DNA of 64,000 nt. Origin: Veleropilina oligotropha (taxonomy: Eukaryota). The translations under genes were made by a program, and so were the position numbers. This document shows, piece by piece, positions 1 through 12,067 of this stretch (positions are counted from its first letter, which is position 1; every line of letters begins with the position of its first letter). The stretch spans positions 186,001-250,000 of the forward strand of contig JBEUKZ010000064.1 of assembly GCA_048128005.1 (NCBI GenBank), in the 5' to 3' direction. Below the pieces are notes generated by a model that did not search any database, was not told where the DNA came from, and saw nothing but the letters and a program-made list of their open reading frames with translations.

Positions 1-144
1 CTTGTTCACAGGGGGGCGGAGTATATTGACCGGCCGGCTGTGACACCAATCCACGTACTTAACCCATCGGTAGTCATAAACTTTAGTCGTGGAAAGCCTT
101 CTCGATCGATAGATGCGTAGGGCTGTTGCGCGAGAAATTCCTTT
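1..144 (-). pseudogene. N-terminal part of DIRS tyrosine recombinase (continues beyond window)
   Basis: Translation KGISRATALRIYRSRRLSTTKVYDYRWVKYVDWC matches the typical DIRS YR N-terminal pattern (S.R.ST...Y...W..F/Y..WC). Confidence 0.7.
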
Positions 145-145
145 C

Positions 146-1900
146 TTAGCAAGGGATCGTTCGATAACCGCCAGGCGTGTAAACGTAAGTCGTTCGGCGA
201 TGTTGAAATACATGGCTGCGCGCCTGCATTAACCGGCCCGGTCTCTGCGGGAGCGATAACGGTCGGTCGACGATCAGATCGAGGAGGGTCGGAAACCAAG
301 GTTGCGTGCGATATAGGGGCGCGATTAGCGTTATCTGCAACGTTCGTTCGATGCCTTCTGTAATACCAGTGTTAGAATGCACGACGGGGGGAAGGCATAT
401 GCGGACAGAATCTCCCATGTCATTGACAGTGCGGCGACCGCTAGGGCGGCCGGGTCCGGGGAGACATACAGAGGTAGTCGGTAATTAAATTCTGTTGCAA
501 ACAGATCGACTAGGGGTTGTGACCACCGGCGACAAACGTCCCGAGCTACTCGGCTGTGTAGCTCCACTCTGTGTGTATTATCTGTGATTTCCGAGAGAGC
601 GAGTCCGCTCTGACATTCAGCTTTCCCGGGATGTGTCGGGCTCGAATCGTCGAGATGAGGGACATCACTAGGCGGTGTAGGTCTATTGCTCGGTCGCAAA
701 GGGGACGCGAGCGAGTGCCGCCCTGGTGCTGGATGTAAGCGAGGACAGTCGTGTTGTCCGTGGCGAGCATTATGTGCTTGTTGCGGAGATGTGACGAGAG
801 GGACCGTACTGACAGGTAGACGGCTTCTAACTCTAGGAAGTAGATGTGTCGTCCCTGAAGGTCCGTCGGCCATAGGCCTGATGTCTCGTAACTGTCGAGG
901 TGACCACCCCAGCCGTCGTTCGAAGCGTCTGTGAACAGGTAAGCGTTCGGCTCTGGCGGGGATATAGGAACCGACTGGTCCGGCAAAGCAGGGTTCAACC
1001 ACACTGCTGTCGTGCTGGTAAACCAATGCCGAAGATCGATGCGATCCGTCCACTGCCCCGTCCGTTGTATCCAGCGATCCCTGAACGCCTGTTGTAACGG
1101 TCGATTGTCCATGTGACCCGTCGGTAGCAGGGTCGCTGCCGACTCGAAGTGCCCCAGGACAGTGGCCAGTTGTCGCGCTGTAGTTATGTCCGATGACAGG
1201 GTGTCTTGGATAACCGCGCGTAGGTTCCGCATACGTTTCTGGGTCGGTTTCGCGGTGTACCGGACCGTATCGAAGTCGACCCCGAGAAACGTAAACGTCG
1301 TCGAGGGCACGAAGCCGGATTTTGTCTAGTTGATCTGAAATCCCAGGCGCTTCGTTGATGACAGGGTAAAGCTCGTAGACCGGAGGCACAGATCTCGGGA
1401 CGCCCCGAGGATCAGCCAGTCGTCGAGGTATATATGTACCCTGAGCCCTAGAGAGTGTAGGAAGGCTCCGAGGGCCTGTACTGTTCTCGTGAAGACGTAC
1501 GGGGCTGACGATAGACCGAACGGTAGGCACCTGAATGGTAGATCGTCTCCCCGTGTATAAACCGAAGGTACTGATGAGCCGTGATATGCATCGGGACATG
1601 CAGATACGCGTCGGTCAGATCGATAGACGCTGCCCAGTCGCCCGGATGGATGGCCGCTCGTATCTTCGAGAGGGTTTCCTGCTGGAATTTCTCGGTACGA
1701 AGATATTAGTTGAGATACGAGAGATCGAAGATCGGTCGCTAGCGGCCATCGGGATTCGGGACCAGGAAGAAATGGCTGTATTATCCTAGTGTGCTGGGCG
1801 GCGCGGGATATATTGCTCCTTGAGGAGTAGGTCCCGCACTGACTGGTCTAAGACCGCTCGCTTCTCTCCGTTTAGGAGGCGAGCGTGTCTTGGTGGTGGT
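146..1900 (-). pseudogene. DIRS pol: reverse transcriptase, RNase H and DNA-methyltransferase-like domain, disrupted
   Basis: FRCLPFGLSSAPYVF (~1491-1535) and HIYLDDWLI (~1411-1437), with an in-frame TAG near 1327. RNase H motifs LFTDAS, LELEAV, TDNTT and HIPGKLNVRADSLSR lie in ORF 546-1310. After a frameshift come DLFA...YVSP...YAFPP (MT-like). Confidence 0.9.
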
Positions 1901-1907
1901 GCCTCGT

Positions 1908-4107
1908 TTAGGGTCGGATGCCGGTTGAACCAACTTGTATCCGGCGCTCACGACGGAGGGACCCAGCTACTGTCTGGTAGTCTAGCCACGGCTGGCTGTA
2001 CGCTAACAGATACGCTTCCACCGGCGGAAGCGGGCAGCTGGGACTGTCGTGTGGGCCGGCAGCCCTAGGGCCGAGGCTTCCCTCTCCCGCTCTGACGGGA
2101 GCTTGTTGGAGGTGCTTGCCTCTTCGGAGTGGGTTAATGGCCGGGGGCCTACCACCCGAAGAGGGCTTCGCACGCTTGGAAGGCTTCGGGGTCCGGGTGG
2201 GCCCTGAGCGCTTCCTCGAGTCGGCAGGTGGACCCCGGGTAGGGTGCAGTACCGCCTTCTCGATGGCACGGTCCTTCATGTCCGCCGCTCTCTTGTCGAC
2301 GAACTCCGTAAAGTTGTCGCCAAAAAGAGTGGTGGCCGAGCAAGGCACGCATCGCAACGAGCGCCGGGTGGCCTCATCTAGCGAGGTGCCTTCAAGGTAA
2401 GCGACCCTACGAAGTAGGAGTGCGTTACCCAGGACACGTCCCGTCTCCAACGCGCTGGTCTCCATAACGGCAGCAACCTCCTGGAGGAAGGACAGGGCAG
2501 CCCACGGGCGCCGGGTCCATCCTCCTGTAATACGGCTATCGCCCCGTCTAGGAAAAATCCTGAACGGACGACAGCCGCAGAGCCCATCGGGCGGAGCTCT
2601 CGAAAGCTTCCAAGGCGAACCAAGGAACTCTCGCTACAGAGGGAGTGTGACTGGCGGTCAGTCAACGCAACGCTGCGTCAACACGAGCCGGCTCAGTCGC
2701 CAGGCACGGACCAGTACATGCGAACGGGATCGAACGCGAACTGGCCCGGAGGTACCTCCCACTACGGAACCCCGAAGGGTACTCGGTCAGTGGGGAGGAC
2801 TCCACCGGATTGCGTCCCCGACTGAGCTTGGTTGTCGAGTCAACACCAGATCAACCAGCCCAGACTGAGGTAAGGAAGGAAGCAAGGGGGCTTCCTTCTC
2901 AACAAACCGATGCGCCGCCGTCCTGTGCTTGACCGGGCCTACATACGACCGAGTCGGTTCCGGCCGGTCAAGCACCCCGCGAAGTGACGCAACAGCGTCG
3001 AGTTCGGCGGGTGGTGGAGGTCGGCTCCTGCGTGCCTGGAAGACTACCAGCGTCTTCGGGCCCGACCGATACAGGGAGGTCGGAGTGAGTGGAGTCGAGG
3101 TCCTCGTCAGAACGAGGTTCGATCCCCACCACGGAGGCAGGAGCCGTGCTCTGCGCCACAGGCAGAGGTGTAGGTACCTGGAGCGGCGAGGAAGCCGGTT
3201 GCCAGGCCCGACATCGGGACTCAAACTCCGCCGCGAACATAGCCTGGACGTTCTCCAAAGAGAAACCCGGAGGCATGACGGGCGTCGAACTAACAGCCGG
3301 TAGTTCGGTCGAAGTCACCGTGGCGCTAGGTAGACGGGCTGCATGGACAGGTGTAGCCGAGAACCCTTTTTTTTTTTTGGGTCTCGGGACACGTGTCGAG
3401 TGGTCGAACCCGAAAGAACGGCCCGGAGGCGCGTTCGGTGGGCCGGACGACCGGTAGGACTGCGGCAACAGTCCGTATCAGTCTACCACTCTGTTCGCGA
3501 GAGGCACGGTCGGAAAACCGCCGTAGAACCCCTCACCGAACGCAGCCGGTCTGTCCACGTTCTCTAGCGTGACCATCGTGGGTGCACGGGAGAGAACGGG
3601 CCCTCTGAAAAGCTCGTGAGCATCGAGGTTGAGCGGCAAACCCTTAGGGGCAGTCGCGTCGGTCTCGATCGAGGATTCAGGTGTCGCCGATTGTCCGGAT
3701 CTTAGACCTTCGAAAAGGTGCCCGGCCTCTTTAAAGGCTTTCTCATTGGGTCGCTCCCTATCGTTAAATAGGGAGTTTCCCGCAGAAGGACTAACTGTCC
3801 CCTTATTCTTCGAGGCCGAAGAAAAGGATGGGGAATGTCTGCCCTGTTCAGCGGTTCGCTGTGTTGCCAGATATACCTTGCTAGCCGGCAAGGTATGGTT
3901 GGCTGCAGTTACTAGGCCCGTTTTAGGAGGATCGAACAGCACTCGGGCTCCTACCTGAATCTGGGGTCCCGGCAAGGTTACGGCGACTCCCCTATGAGTC
4001 GCGGAGGTTACGCCAGTAGATACGGCGACAGACGGCCCTTTAAGGTCTACTGTCGTCCAGCGTCCCTGAAGTAGACAAAAAAACGTTAATTCCCTTTAAC
4101 CTACCAT
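1908..4107 (-). pseudogene. DIRS gag-like ORF, broken by a stop and frameshifts
   Basis: Colinear ORF pieces 3478-3975, 2968-3468, 2787-3224 and 1908-2465. The C-terminal LLLRRVAYL...LRCVPCSATTLFG is typical of DIRS gag, and the position is upstream of RT. Confidence 0.65.
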
Positions 4108-5760
4108 TTTGTCGCTTCTCGGGGGAGAACCCACCGTGGTAACCGCACTGGTCGGCTTCATCGGTGGATATACGATCGCCCACTGCCTGCTGTTAAATCT
4201 AGGCACAGTTCACATATATAAGACTTATGTCAGTTACGGTGAACACGGCATTCCGTGCGCCTAGAAATCCGTGAAACTTCGGGTTACACCCGGAGTTGCA
4301 CCGGACCATACTGCCCTCTCCCTGAATACACGGGAGGGTAGTAGTGGGTGGAACGGGGTAGTTAAAAGTATATATTTGGTAGTTGTGACTATTTACTACG
4401 ACAACTCTTAAAATTGCCCTAATCTGAAGATCAAAGATTAGGCGATATACCGCAAAAAACCCCGAACTGGGAACACCGAGGCCGGGTAATAACCCGGCAC
4501 GACCCGGTAAAAAACCCGGCAAATTGACTAGAACAAACGGGGGTTCTTTCTTAGAAAAAACCGCCCAGAAAAACACCTGAAAACCTCGTGGATGTTTTTA
4601 TGTTAGTACAATGGCGTATTATCCCAGAAACGGCAGGATAACAGAAAAACGCAAGCGTGATATCTAAACGATCCTGCCTATTAACGACGCTAGAATTTTT
4701 ATACAATAATAACCAGCAATAGCGTCGTTAAGGAATTATCCAATATAATGAGTTACCTGTTTGCAGTCTCAAACAATATCAGATAAAAATACCGACCAGA
4801 AATTTCTTCTTATTACACGAAACTTCCCCTCCGAGCGGCCATGCTTTTCCCTGCAACAGCGGCGATGTCGGTTTCACTTGATGTTCACAACTTTTTTCTT
4901 TGAAGTTGGTAAATCAGATCTAATATTCACTTGTGTTTAATATCCACAACACAGGGTATATTCCACCACATATATTATACTAATACAAGCTTTAGCGTCC
5001 TAGATTTAACGTATAAACCAGTCGGACATTCGAAATATTTGCGGAGCAAAAAACACGTCTTTCCGTCTCGGCGGAAAACTTTGAATTGAGGTCTTGTGAC
5101 TTCGATGGCTCGGAAGTCTCGCGAGACTTGGCGAGATCTCGCTGGGGGAACTTAGGAGAGGTGGAGCAGGGGAGGTAATCGTAGTGTTTGACTTAAAAGG
5201 AGTGCCTAAATGTGACTTTATTCACTGTTTCCGGTTGGCGATAATATGACTATTATGGCAAGAGTAAGGACGTAAGTATGTTTGTAACTACATATATCGT
5301 CTAAGCTTTCATATATCACGTCTGGTTTGGGTTTATCTTCGATTAATAAAACGACGTCAGACAATCAGAAGAGTGGATTCGCAGTAAAAGCAAGATAATG
5401 CTAATTGTTCGTCATCACCATTGTACCTTGTGTAACCATCTCCGCTGCTTCAGATGCTACAGCGACCCGTCCGGTCACCTGACCACCAGTAGAGCGGGCG
5501 TTGGTCATAGATCACAGGCATATACAGCGACGAACCGGTCAATACCATCAGATCGCTGAGGCAATACACCGTACCCATACCTCAGCTAGCTTGGATGCTA
5601 TGCACATTGTCAATGTATAATCTGGCTGACCAAGGTCAATGATGTCCCCCATGTATTCTGACTCTGAAGGATGCGGTAATCCTACATATAACGTTACATT
5701 TCTTTTCAATGGACATTTTATGTAGATTTTGCCGCAGATATTCCATGGCTTACGACTTAC

Positions 5761-5859
5761 CACATGAAAGATGAATGCTGTGCAGATGGAGTAGATGACT
5801 ACATCGGCCGACGGTATATGCGGGCACCAGCCGGCGGCAATGCCCTTGAAGTACATTGT
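5761..5859 (-). CDS. TMEM135: Transmembrane protein 135-like, internal exon (99 bp)
   Basis: cag|ACAATGTAC...CATGTG|gtaagt. Encodes TMYFKGIAAGWCPHIPSADVVIYSICTAFIFHV, recognisably similar to the TMEM135 segment TMYFKGIEAG...ADTIIYSIST. Confidence 0.9.
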
Positions 5860-6323
5860 CTGAAAGCAGCACACGGAGGGAATCAGCATTATGCTGCATT
5901 GATCATATATAATATCATATCATGAATTAATTTTATCAAATGTGATCAGACTTCATATTGTGAAGTATTGCCATTCTTCAAAAAATATGAAAAGCCTAGC
6001 TTTCCTTATATACTGGCAATTGCTAAATCAGCTGACAAGACATATTTCTATCCCCGAATGAGTTAATGTTTGAGCACAGTAATGGAGTATGGTATGTGTT
6101 TCACAAGTTAAATTCTGTAGCGAAGGAGGCTGGATTTCATGAACCGCAGCATCGACCAGCTTCACTGTGATGGCTGAGTTCTTGTACCTACGCGGTTGAG
6201 CACAGGACTTTTAAAAACAGGTTTCCCTTGGGAAAGAAAGTAAACGCACCTTGATGATCCAGATGATTGAAATGGGTTCCTGGTTGACAGCGATAGAAGT
6301 CATATGGATACAATGCTACGCCA

Positions 6324-6672
6324 GGTGTAACATGGTGATATACAGCATCCTTACATCAGCTGGTGTAACATGGTGATGTACAGCATCCTTACCTCAGCTG
6401 GTATAACATGGTGATGTACAGCATCCTTACCTCAGCTGGTGTAACATGGTGATGTACAGCATCCTTACCTCAGCTGGTGTAACATGGTGATGTACAGCAT
6501 TCTTACCTCAGCTGGTGTAACATGGTGATGTACAGCATCCTTACCTCAGCTGGTGTAACATGGTGATGTACAGCATTCTTACCTCAGCTGGTGTAACATG
6601 GTGATGTATAGCATCCTTACCTCAGCTGGTGTAACATGGTGATGTACAGCATCCTTACCTCAGCTGGTGTAA
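6324..6672. repeat. 38-bp minisatellite (~9 copies) in a TMEM135 intron
   Basis: Unit ggtgtaacatggtgatgtacagcatccttacctcagct. Confidence 0.95.
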
Positions 6673-6889
6673 TGGATACGAGTGCGGCTTCCAGTTCACT
6701 TGCATTAATGGGAGTGAATTCGAATGTTCGGTCGGGCACTTTGTCCAGTTAACAGTCACAGTTGTCCATAACTGACCGCTGAGTGACCCATGTGGGTGAG
6801 TTTTCGTGGATGTTCAAGCTGTCCTCGTGCGATAACAGAGACATGTCCTAGTATGAACCTGAACATTGATAAACGGGACTCTAACGCCA

Positions 6890-7615
6890 CATGTAATGTG
6901 GTGATATGCACCGTTAGGTTACCTCTGCTAGCTTGGAGGCTATTTACATGGCATATGGACACCGCTAGGTTACCTCTGTGAGCTTGGAGCCTATGTACAT
7001 GGCATATGGACACCGCTCGGTTACCTCTGTGAGCTTGATGGCTATTTACATGGCATATGGACACCGCTAGGTTACCTCTGTGAGCTTGGAGCCTATGTAC
7101 ATGGCATATGGACACCGCTCGGTTACCTCTGTGAGCTTGATGGCTATTTACATGGCATATGTACACCGTTAGGTTACCTCTGTGAGCTTGGAGGCTATGT
7201 ACATGGCATATATACACTGCTCGGTTACCTCTGTGAGCTTGGAGGCTATTTACATGGCATATATACACCGCTCGGTTACCTCTGTGAGCTTGGAGCTTAT
7301 GTAGATGGCATATGGACACCGCTAGGTTACCTCTGTGAGCTTGGAGGCTATTTACATGGCATATGGACACAGCTCGGTTGCCTCTGTGAGCTTGGAGGCT
7401 ATTTACATGGCATATGGACACCGCTCGGTTACCTCTGTGAGCTTAATGGCTATTTACATGGCATATGTACACCGTTACGTTACCTCTGTGAGCTTGGAGG
7501 CTATTTAGATGGCATATGGACACCGCTCGGTTACCTCTGTGAGCTTGATGCCTATTTACAGGGCATATGTACACCGTTAGGTTACCTCTACGAGCTTGGA
7601 GGCTATGTACATGGC
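6890..7615. repeat. 51-bp minisatellite (~14 copies) made of the TMEM135 exon end plus splice donor
   Basis: Period 51 (ggttacctct at 6917, 6968, ...). The rightmost copy is the real 3' end of exon 7586-7726. Confidence 0.95.
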
Positions 7616-7726
7616 GACGGATGAGCTCTTGTACCACAGCATGGTCCAGCCGGCCAGGAACCCCGAGATCATGCCGTGGTAGCTGCTGTCCGTGTCCCGC
7701 AGCCAGCGCAGCAGGCAGTTCGTACC
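7586..7726 (-). CDS. TMEM135: Transmembrane protein 135-like, internal exon (141 bp)
   Basis: cag|GGTACG...GTAGAG|gtaacc. Encodes GTNCLLRWLRDTDSSYHGMISGFLAGWTMLWYKSSSVAMYIASKLVE, in phase with both neighbouring exons. Confidence 0.9.
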
Positions 7727-7771
7727 CTGAATCGAAGGAATATACAAAAATACATATAATAATATATTTAA

Positions 7772-9691
7772 GGGTAGGGGCTGGTCGACAAATGGTCATA
7801 TTGTATATCTCAAGAACTATTGCAGATATCTTCATGAAATTTGGACATGATGTATATATGGTTAATACAAGTGTGCATGCACATTTTGGATATTTTATTT
7901 TTAGTGGTTGCCATGGCAACAGGCAAATTACGATATTATGGTATATGCATTACTATTAAAAATCGTTAATAAAGAAAAGAGTAAATAACAGATAGAAAAT
8001 GATTTTATTCATGGTTAAAAATGGCTTGTTTACTGCGCTGGAACTTTTTTGATATGTTTTATGACTATTTTATGTATGTTATACATATATATGTAATATT
8101 GCACAATTCGGTCACATGACTTACCATATATGGACATCTGTAAATCTTTTTTATGTTGTTCAATTTATTTGAAACCTATATGGCTCAGTCCAGGGCATTC
8201 TACTCTACAAATCTGGTAAGTTTAAAAGAATTTGCACTTGTAGTTTTTGAAAACCATTTTTAATAGTTTCGAGACTTGTGGTAAAACAGCATACTGATTT
8301 AAGGGTAGGGGTTGGTCGAAAAATGACAGTATGCTGTATCTCAGGAACTACATAAGATATTATCATGAAATTTGGACAGTATGCATAAATGCTTAGTACA
8401 AGGCCACATACCAAATTTGGTTGCCATAGTTTCATGGTTGCCATGGTTACCGCCCAAAACTCCATTTTGGGTGACATGCAATTTTCAATAAAATTGTTTG
8501 TTCTCGTCTTTTAATATTAATATAACCCCAAAATGAGTTGCATCATGTAGTAATATACTATTTATATTGAAATAAATGTTGAAAATAGCAATATATATCG
8601 TTTTATTATTATTTTTCGCTATATTATGTGCATACACATTTTTGGTCACAATATCAAAGAAGTTGACAATTCAATTGATCTTCCAAATTGAAATTTTATT
8701 TGTTTTTTTACAAGTTGGACATAACAGGTCAGAAACAGCTTCATTTAGTCGTGAAATATTAATTATTCCATTGGAATTATCGTCTGGCAACGTGTCTTCC
8801 TATGTATGTACATTTACCATAGTAACCTCCCTTTGAATTTTAAAATAACAAATTTTACTTTTAGAAATGTAGTCAATATTTACAGTACGCGCAGCTATCT
8901 TTCTGTACATCCAAACATAAGTCTGGGTTGCTTTATCATTTTGATTCAAAAAGTTTTCATTTGAAACTGCTTCATTTGGAACGTTATTCGCGATGCATTT
9001 GAAATGTTTGAAGTATCAACAACCGCGCCCACGATGTCAGAAACGACCTGCTTCCTGCCTCTACTTTCACCCGTACGCTTGCATTTTCCTTTCATTATTC
9101 TCTCTTTGTAATGATTAGACATGTTAACAACGATAATTAGCAAAAATAACGCGTTATCTACATTTCATACCCAATTTATAACGATTTACTCACAGTTTAA
9201 TCGAAACATCCAGAAAACACATGGCTGGTGAAAAACACACTTTGCGCATGCGCGAGATTACATGTGACGAGATTTGACCAATCGTGAAGCGGGTTTCCTC
9301 GGAATCCCATACAAACTATATTTAAACAGAAACTAGGTCGATTCTGTTGCAATACAACTACAGAACTAAAGAGAACTAAATAAAATACTCAGAACGAGGC
9401 TACAGAAGGAGAAAATCTGTTTATTATAGTACCAAGATGGCGACGTGGCGTAATGGCTTCCCGAAGCTCGGTACGCTCAAAGTTGACGTATATTTGATGT
9501 TTTTGTGCAAAAATGTACAAAATAAAGCGACCGTTGCTATAGCAAACTATCAAAATGAACATATTTTCGACAAATTTCGATTAAACAGGTATTTCTATAT
9601 TGTAAAATAGTATTTAACATTGCCGAAAATGACAAAAACTCAAAAGTGATATCTTCATGCAAAAATAGTATTGGTCGACCCGCGCCTACCC
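7772..9691. mobile_element. Non-autonomous TTAA-flanked DNA transposon (Kolobok-like), with a second left end at 8303
   Basis: TTAA|GGGTAGGGGCTGGTCGACAAAT at the left and ATTGGTCGACCCGCGCCTACCC|TTAA at the right. A diverged copy of the left end starts at 8303. Confidence 0.7.
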
Positions 9692-9979
9692 TTAAGCAGG
9701 TAATTATCAATCAAAATATAGGTATAACAGATCAAGAGCACCTTAAATTATCACCACTATCAATATGGAAAAATCTAAGTTGTTACATTTAAGAAGGATA
9801 ACCCTTCCACAACATTTATACAACTAATAAGCTTTGTACAGTTAGCACAGAACAACACGTTTAATAATAATAATAATAATGTGGATACTTATATTGCGCT
9901 TTTTCCATGCACGAATGCTTGCTCAAAGCGCTACATTATTAATGATGTTTGCCTGGTTTCATCCTACATGGACCTTTAC

Positions 9980-10147
9980 CCTGAATATTGCGGAGAAGCT
10001 CCCGAGGAAGGCTCCGAGACTGAAGTTGTCCTTGTGGACCAGAGCACGCAGGACACTGCTCGGTTGCGTGAAGAGCTTGTTCATCGCGCCCACCATCTTG
10101 ATGGTCGCCTGCAGCATGAAGCCCATGCCGAACATCTTGGAAAATCC
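9980..10147 (-). CDS. TMEM135: Transmembrane protein 135-like, internal exon (168 bp)
   Basis: cag|GGATTT...TTCAGG|gtaaag. Encodes GFSKMFGMGFMLQATIKMVGAMNKLFTQPSSVLRALVHKDNFSLGAFLGSFSAIFR (TMEM135 LFTQPS...NFQLGAFLGSF motif). Confidence 0.9.
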
Positions 10148-10586
10148 CTGCAAAACAAAGCAACAGTCTGTAGAGTTAATCTGAATGATCAAATAGTAAA
10201 TGCTGATCTCGTAGATTGTTATTGAGAGATGCTGATTGTAACGATAATGATAATCCATGGCCACTTCTTGAGAATGGATTCACAATACACTTGTCAGCAC
10301 TATCGACAAAAATGCCTTGCTATAGAAATAACACAATTTTTAGATTTAAACAGATTTATACCACGACCATATTGACAGTTAGACCATGCCATGTGGAATA
10401 AGTTTATGACTTTATTAATATTAATTCATTCGCTCAGTTTTGTGATCTAATCGAACAAGCCTGCAGTTAAACAACTCGGCGCTATGCGTCTTGCAGTTTC
10501 ACTGCTGGATTCACCGATCAGACAACAAAGTCTTGTGGTATAAACCTACGATACATAATATAATCGTACAAGTTTAATGTCCATAC

Positions 10587-10788
10587 CTGAATAACGTAAT
10601 GAGCACATCCTTTGCTGTGTCTGCACAGCCAGTGACTAGGAGTATTGTGTAGCTTTGTGACCAATTTGTCTAGAGTAGCTGAATTGAGAAAACCTAAGAC
10701 GGCGTTGGATGCAGGCTTCCTTCCATTTTTCTCTCTATCCCGAATCTCTTCACTTTCTGGTGGCAACTCTGCTGAGCCAAGGAAGAAT
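10587..10788 (-). CDS. TMEM135: Transmembrane protein 135-like, internal exon (202 bp)
   Basis: tag|ATTCTTC...ATTCAG|gtatgg. Encodes FFLGSAELP...TPSHWLCRHSKGCAHYVIQ and joins in frame to the 168-bp exon. Confidence 0.8.
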
Positions 10789-11094
10789 CTATAAAGAAAC
10801 AATAATCCAAAATAACACATGTACGGGTACCACACCATTAACCAGGAACTTCTTACGGTCCATCCTTAACATGACCTAGCACCAGTTGGTACCTTGTAGA
10901 GAATGTAAGTAGATGGTGAGATGAATAGATGTGTAATGAACATGTCAACAGTAAATCAAATTATTAATACAGTAAAAAAGAGGCCTCTCCACCTATATAG
11001 CGCCGCTGGAAAGGGTTCGTCAATATAGGCAAACTTTAGAAATTTGGGCAGCACTTCCCCAAGTATTAACATACCAAAGTAATAACATTGACCA

Positions 11095-11595
11095 AGTCCC
11101 AATTCCGAATTTCAGCGAAACTGGGATGTACATTTTTCTAATATTCACAGGATAAGTTAAACACATCATTAGGAAGGTGCATGCCAATTAAGAAAACAAG
11201 TTATCAGACAGTTTCGGAGATATTCACATTTGAAGGCAAAAACTTGTTGCAGAAGTGGATTTTCTAAGTCCAAATAGGTAAATTTCGGAAAATCCGAGAT
11301 GTAGAATTTTCTAATAACTTCAGGATATGTTCAGAACATCATAAGGAAGGCTCATGCCAAATTAGAAAAAAGGTTATCAGACAGTTGTGGAGTTATTCAC
11401 ATTTGAAGTCAAAATTTGTCACAGAAGTGGATTTTCTAAGTCCAAAAAGGTAAATTTCCGAAAAACCGAGAAGTAGAATTTCCTGCAAGATATGTTCAGA
11501 ACATCATAAGGAAGGCTCACGCGCAAGATATTCACATTTCAAGTCAAAAGTTGACGACGGATGAACGTACGCCGGACAAAGCGGTATCAGTAAAA
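11095..11595. repeat. Degenerate ~150-bp tandem-repeat element (HINE/satellite-like)
   Basis: Recurring atattcacatttgaag / cagaagtggattttctaagtcc / catcataaggaaggctca blocks, ending in a gacgacgga-type tail. Confidence 0.55.
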
Positions 11596-12067
11596 AACTT
11601 GAAAATGAATGTTGAAGCAACAAATTTCCAGCTGCTGTTCACATTGGAGACATGTATAGTGATGTTTATGGCATGGACCTCAGACCAGGCACGCATTCCT
11701 GGTATGGTATACAAGTGTGTGATATAATGCCCACTGCCTCCTTAAAATAAGCAAGACAATAATCCAGCTAATGAAGCAAAGGTAACATTAAAATTCAGCA
11801 TGAGATGCTCAATGCAAGAAACGAAGAGGGCCCAGGCTATAAAGTTGTGCAGAGTTACCCTGAACAGCATGAGGTTGTCTAGAGAAATTCAAATTGAGTC
11901 AAACTATACACAAATGCCAGACTTTTAAAAAAATTCAAATAAAATATAGACATCACATGGCTAATAAAAAGTTGGTTTCCTGCTCATAAACAAACACTAT
12001 TTCTGGGTTATTTCCCTTTGACCACAAATATCTAACAGATATGCATGCAGAGTTACCTCCCATTAAC

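Larger units (their letters stand above)
1..5400 (-). mobile_element. Degenerate DIRS-type (tyrosine recombinase) retrotransposon; runs off the left edge, right boundary approximate
   Basis: Minus-strand order gag-like -> RT -> RNase H -> methyltransferase-like -> start of YR, all with stops or frameshifts. The segment is GC-richer than the flanking host DNA. Confidence 0.88.

Noticed and set aside
6756..7421. 221-aa His-rich ORF
   Set aside because: Off-frame reading of the 51-bp intronic minisatellite.
10835..10960. Candidate upstream TMEM135 mini-exon (HVKDG / LLTFSTR-like words)
   Set aside because: No consistent acceptor-donor pair with an open frame could be assigned.
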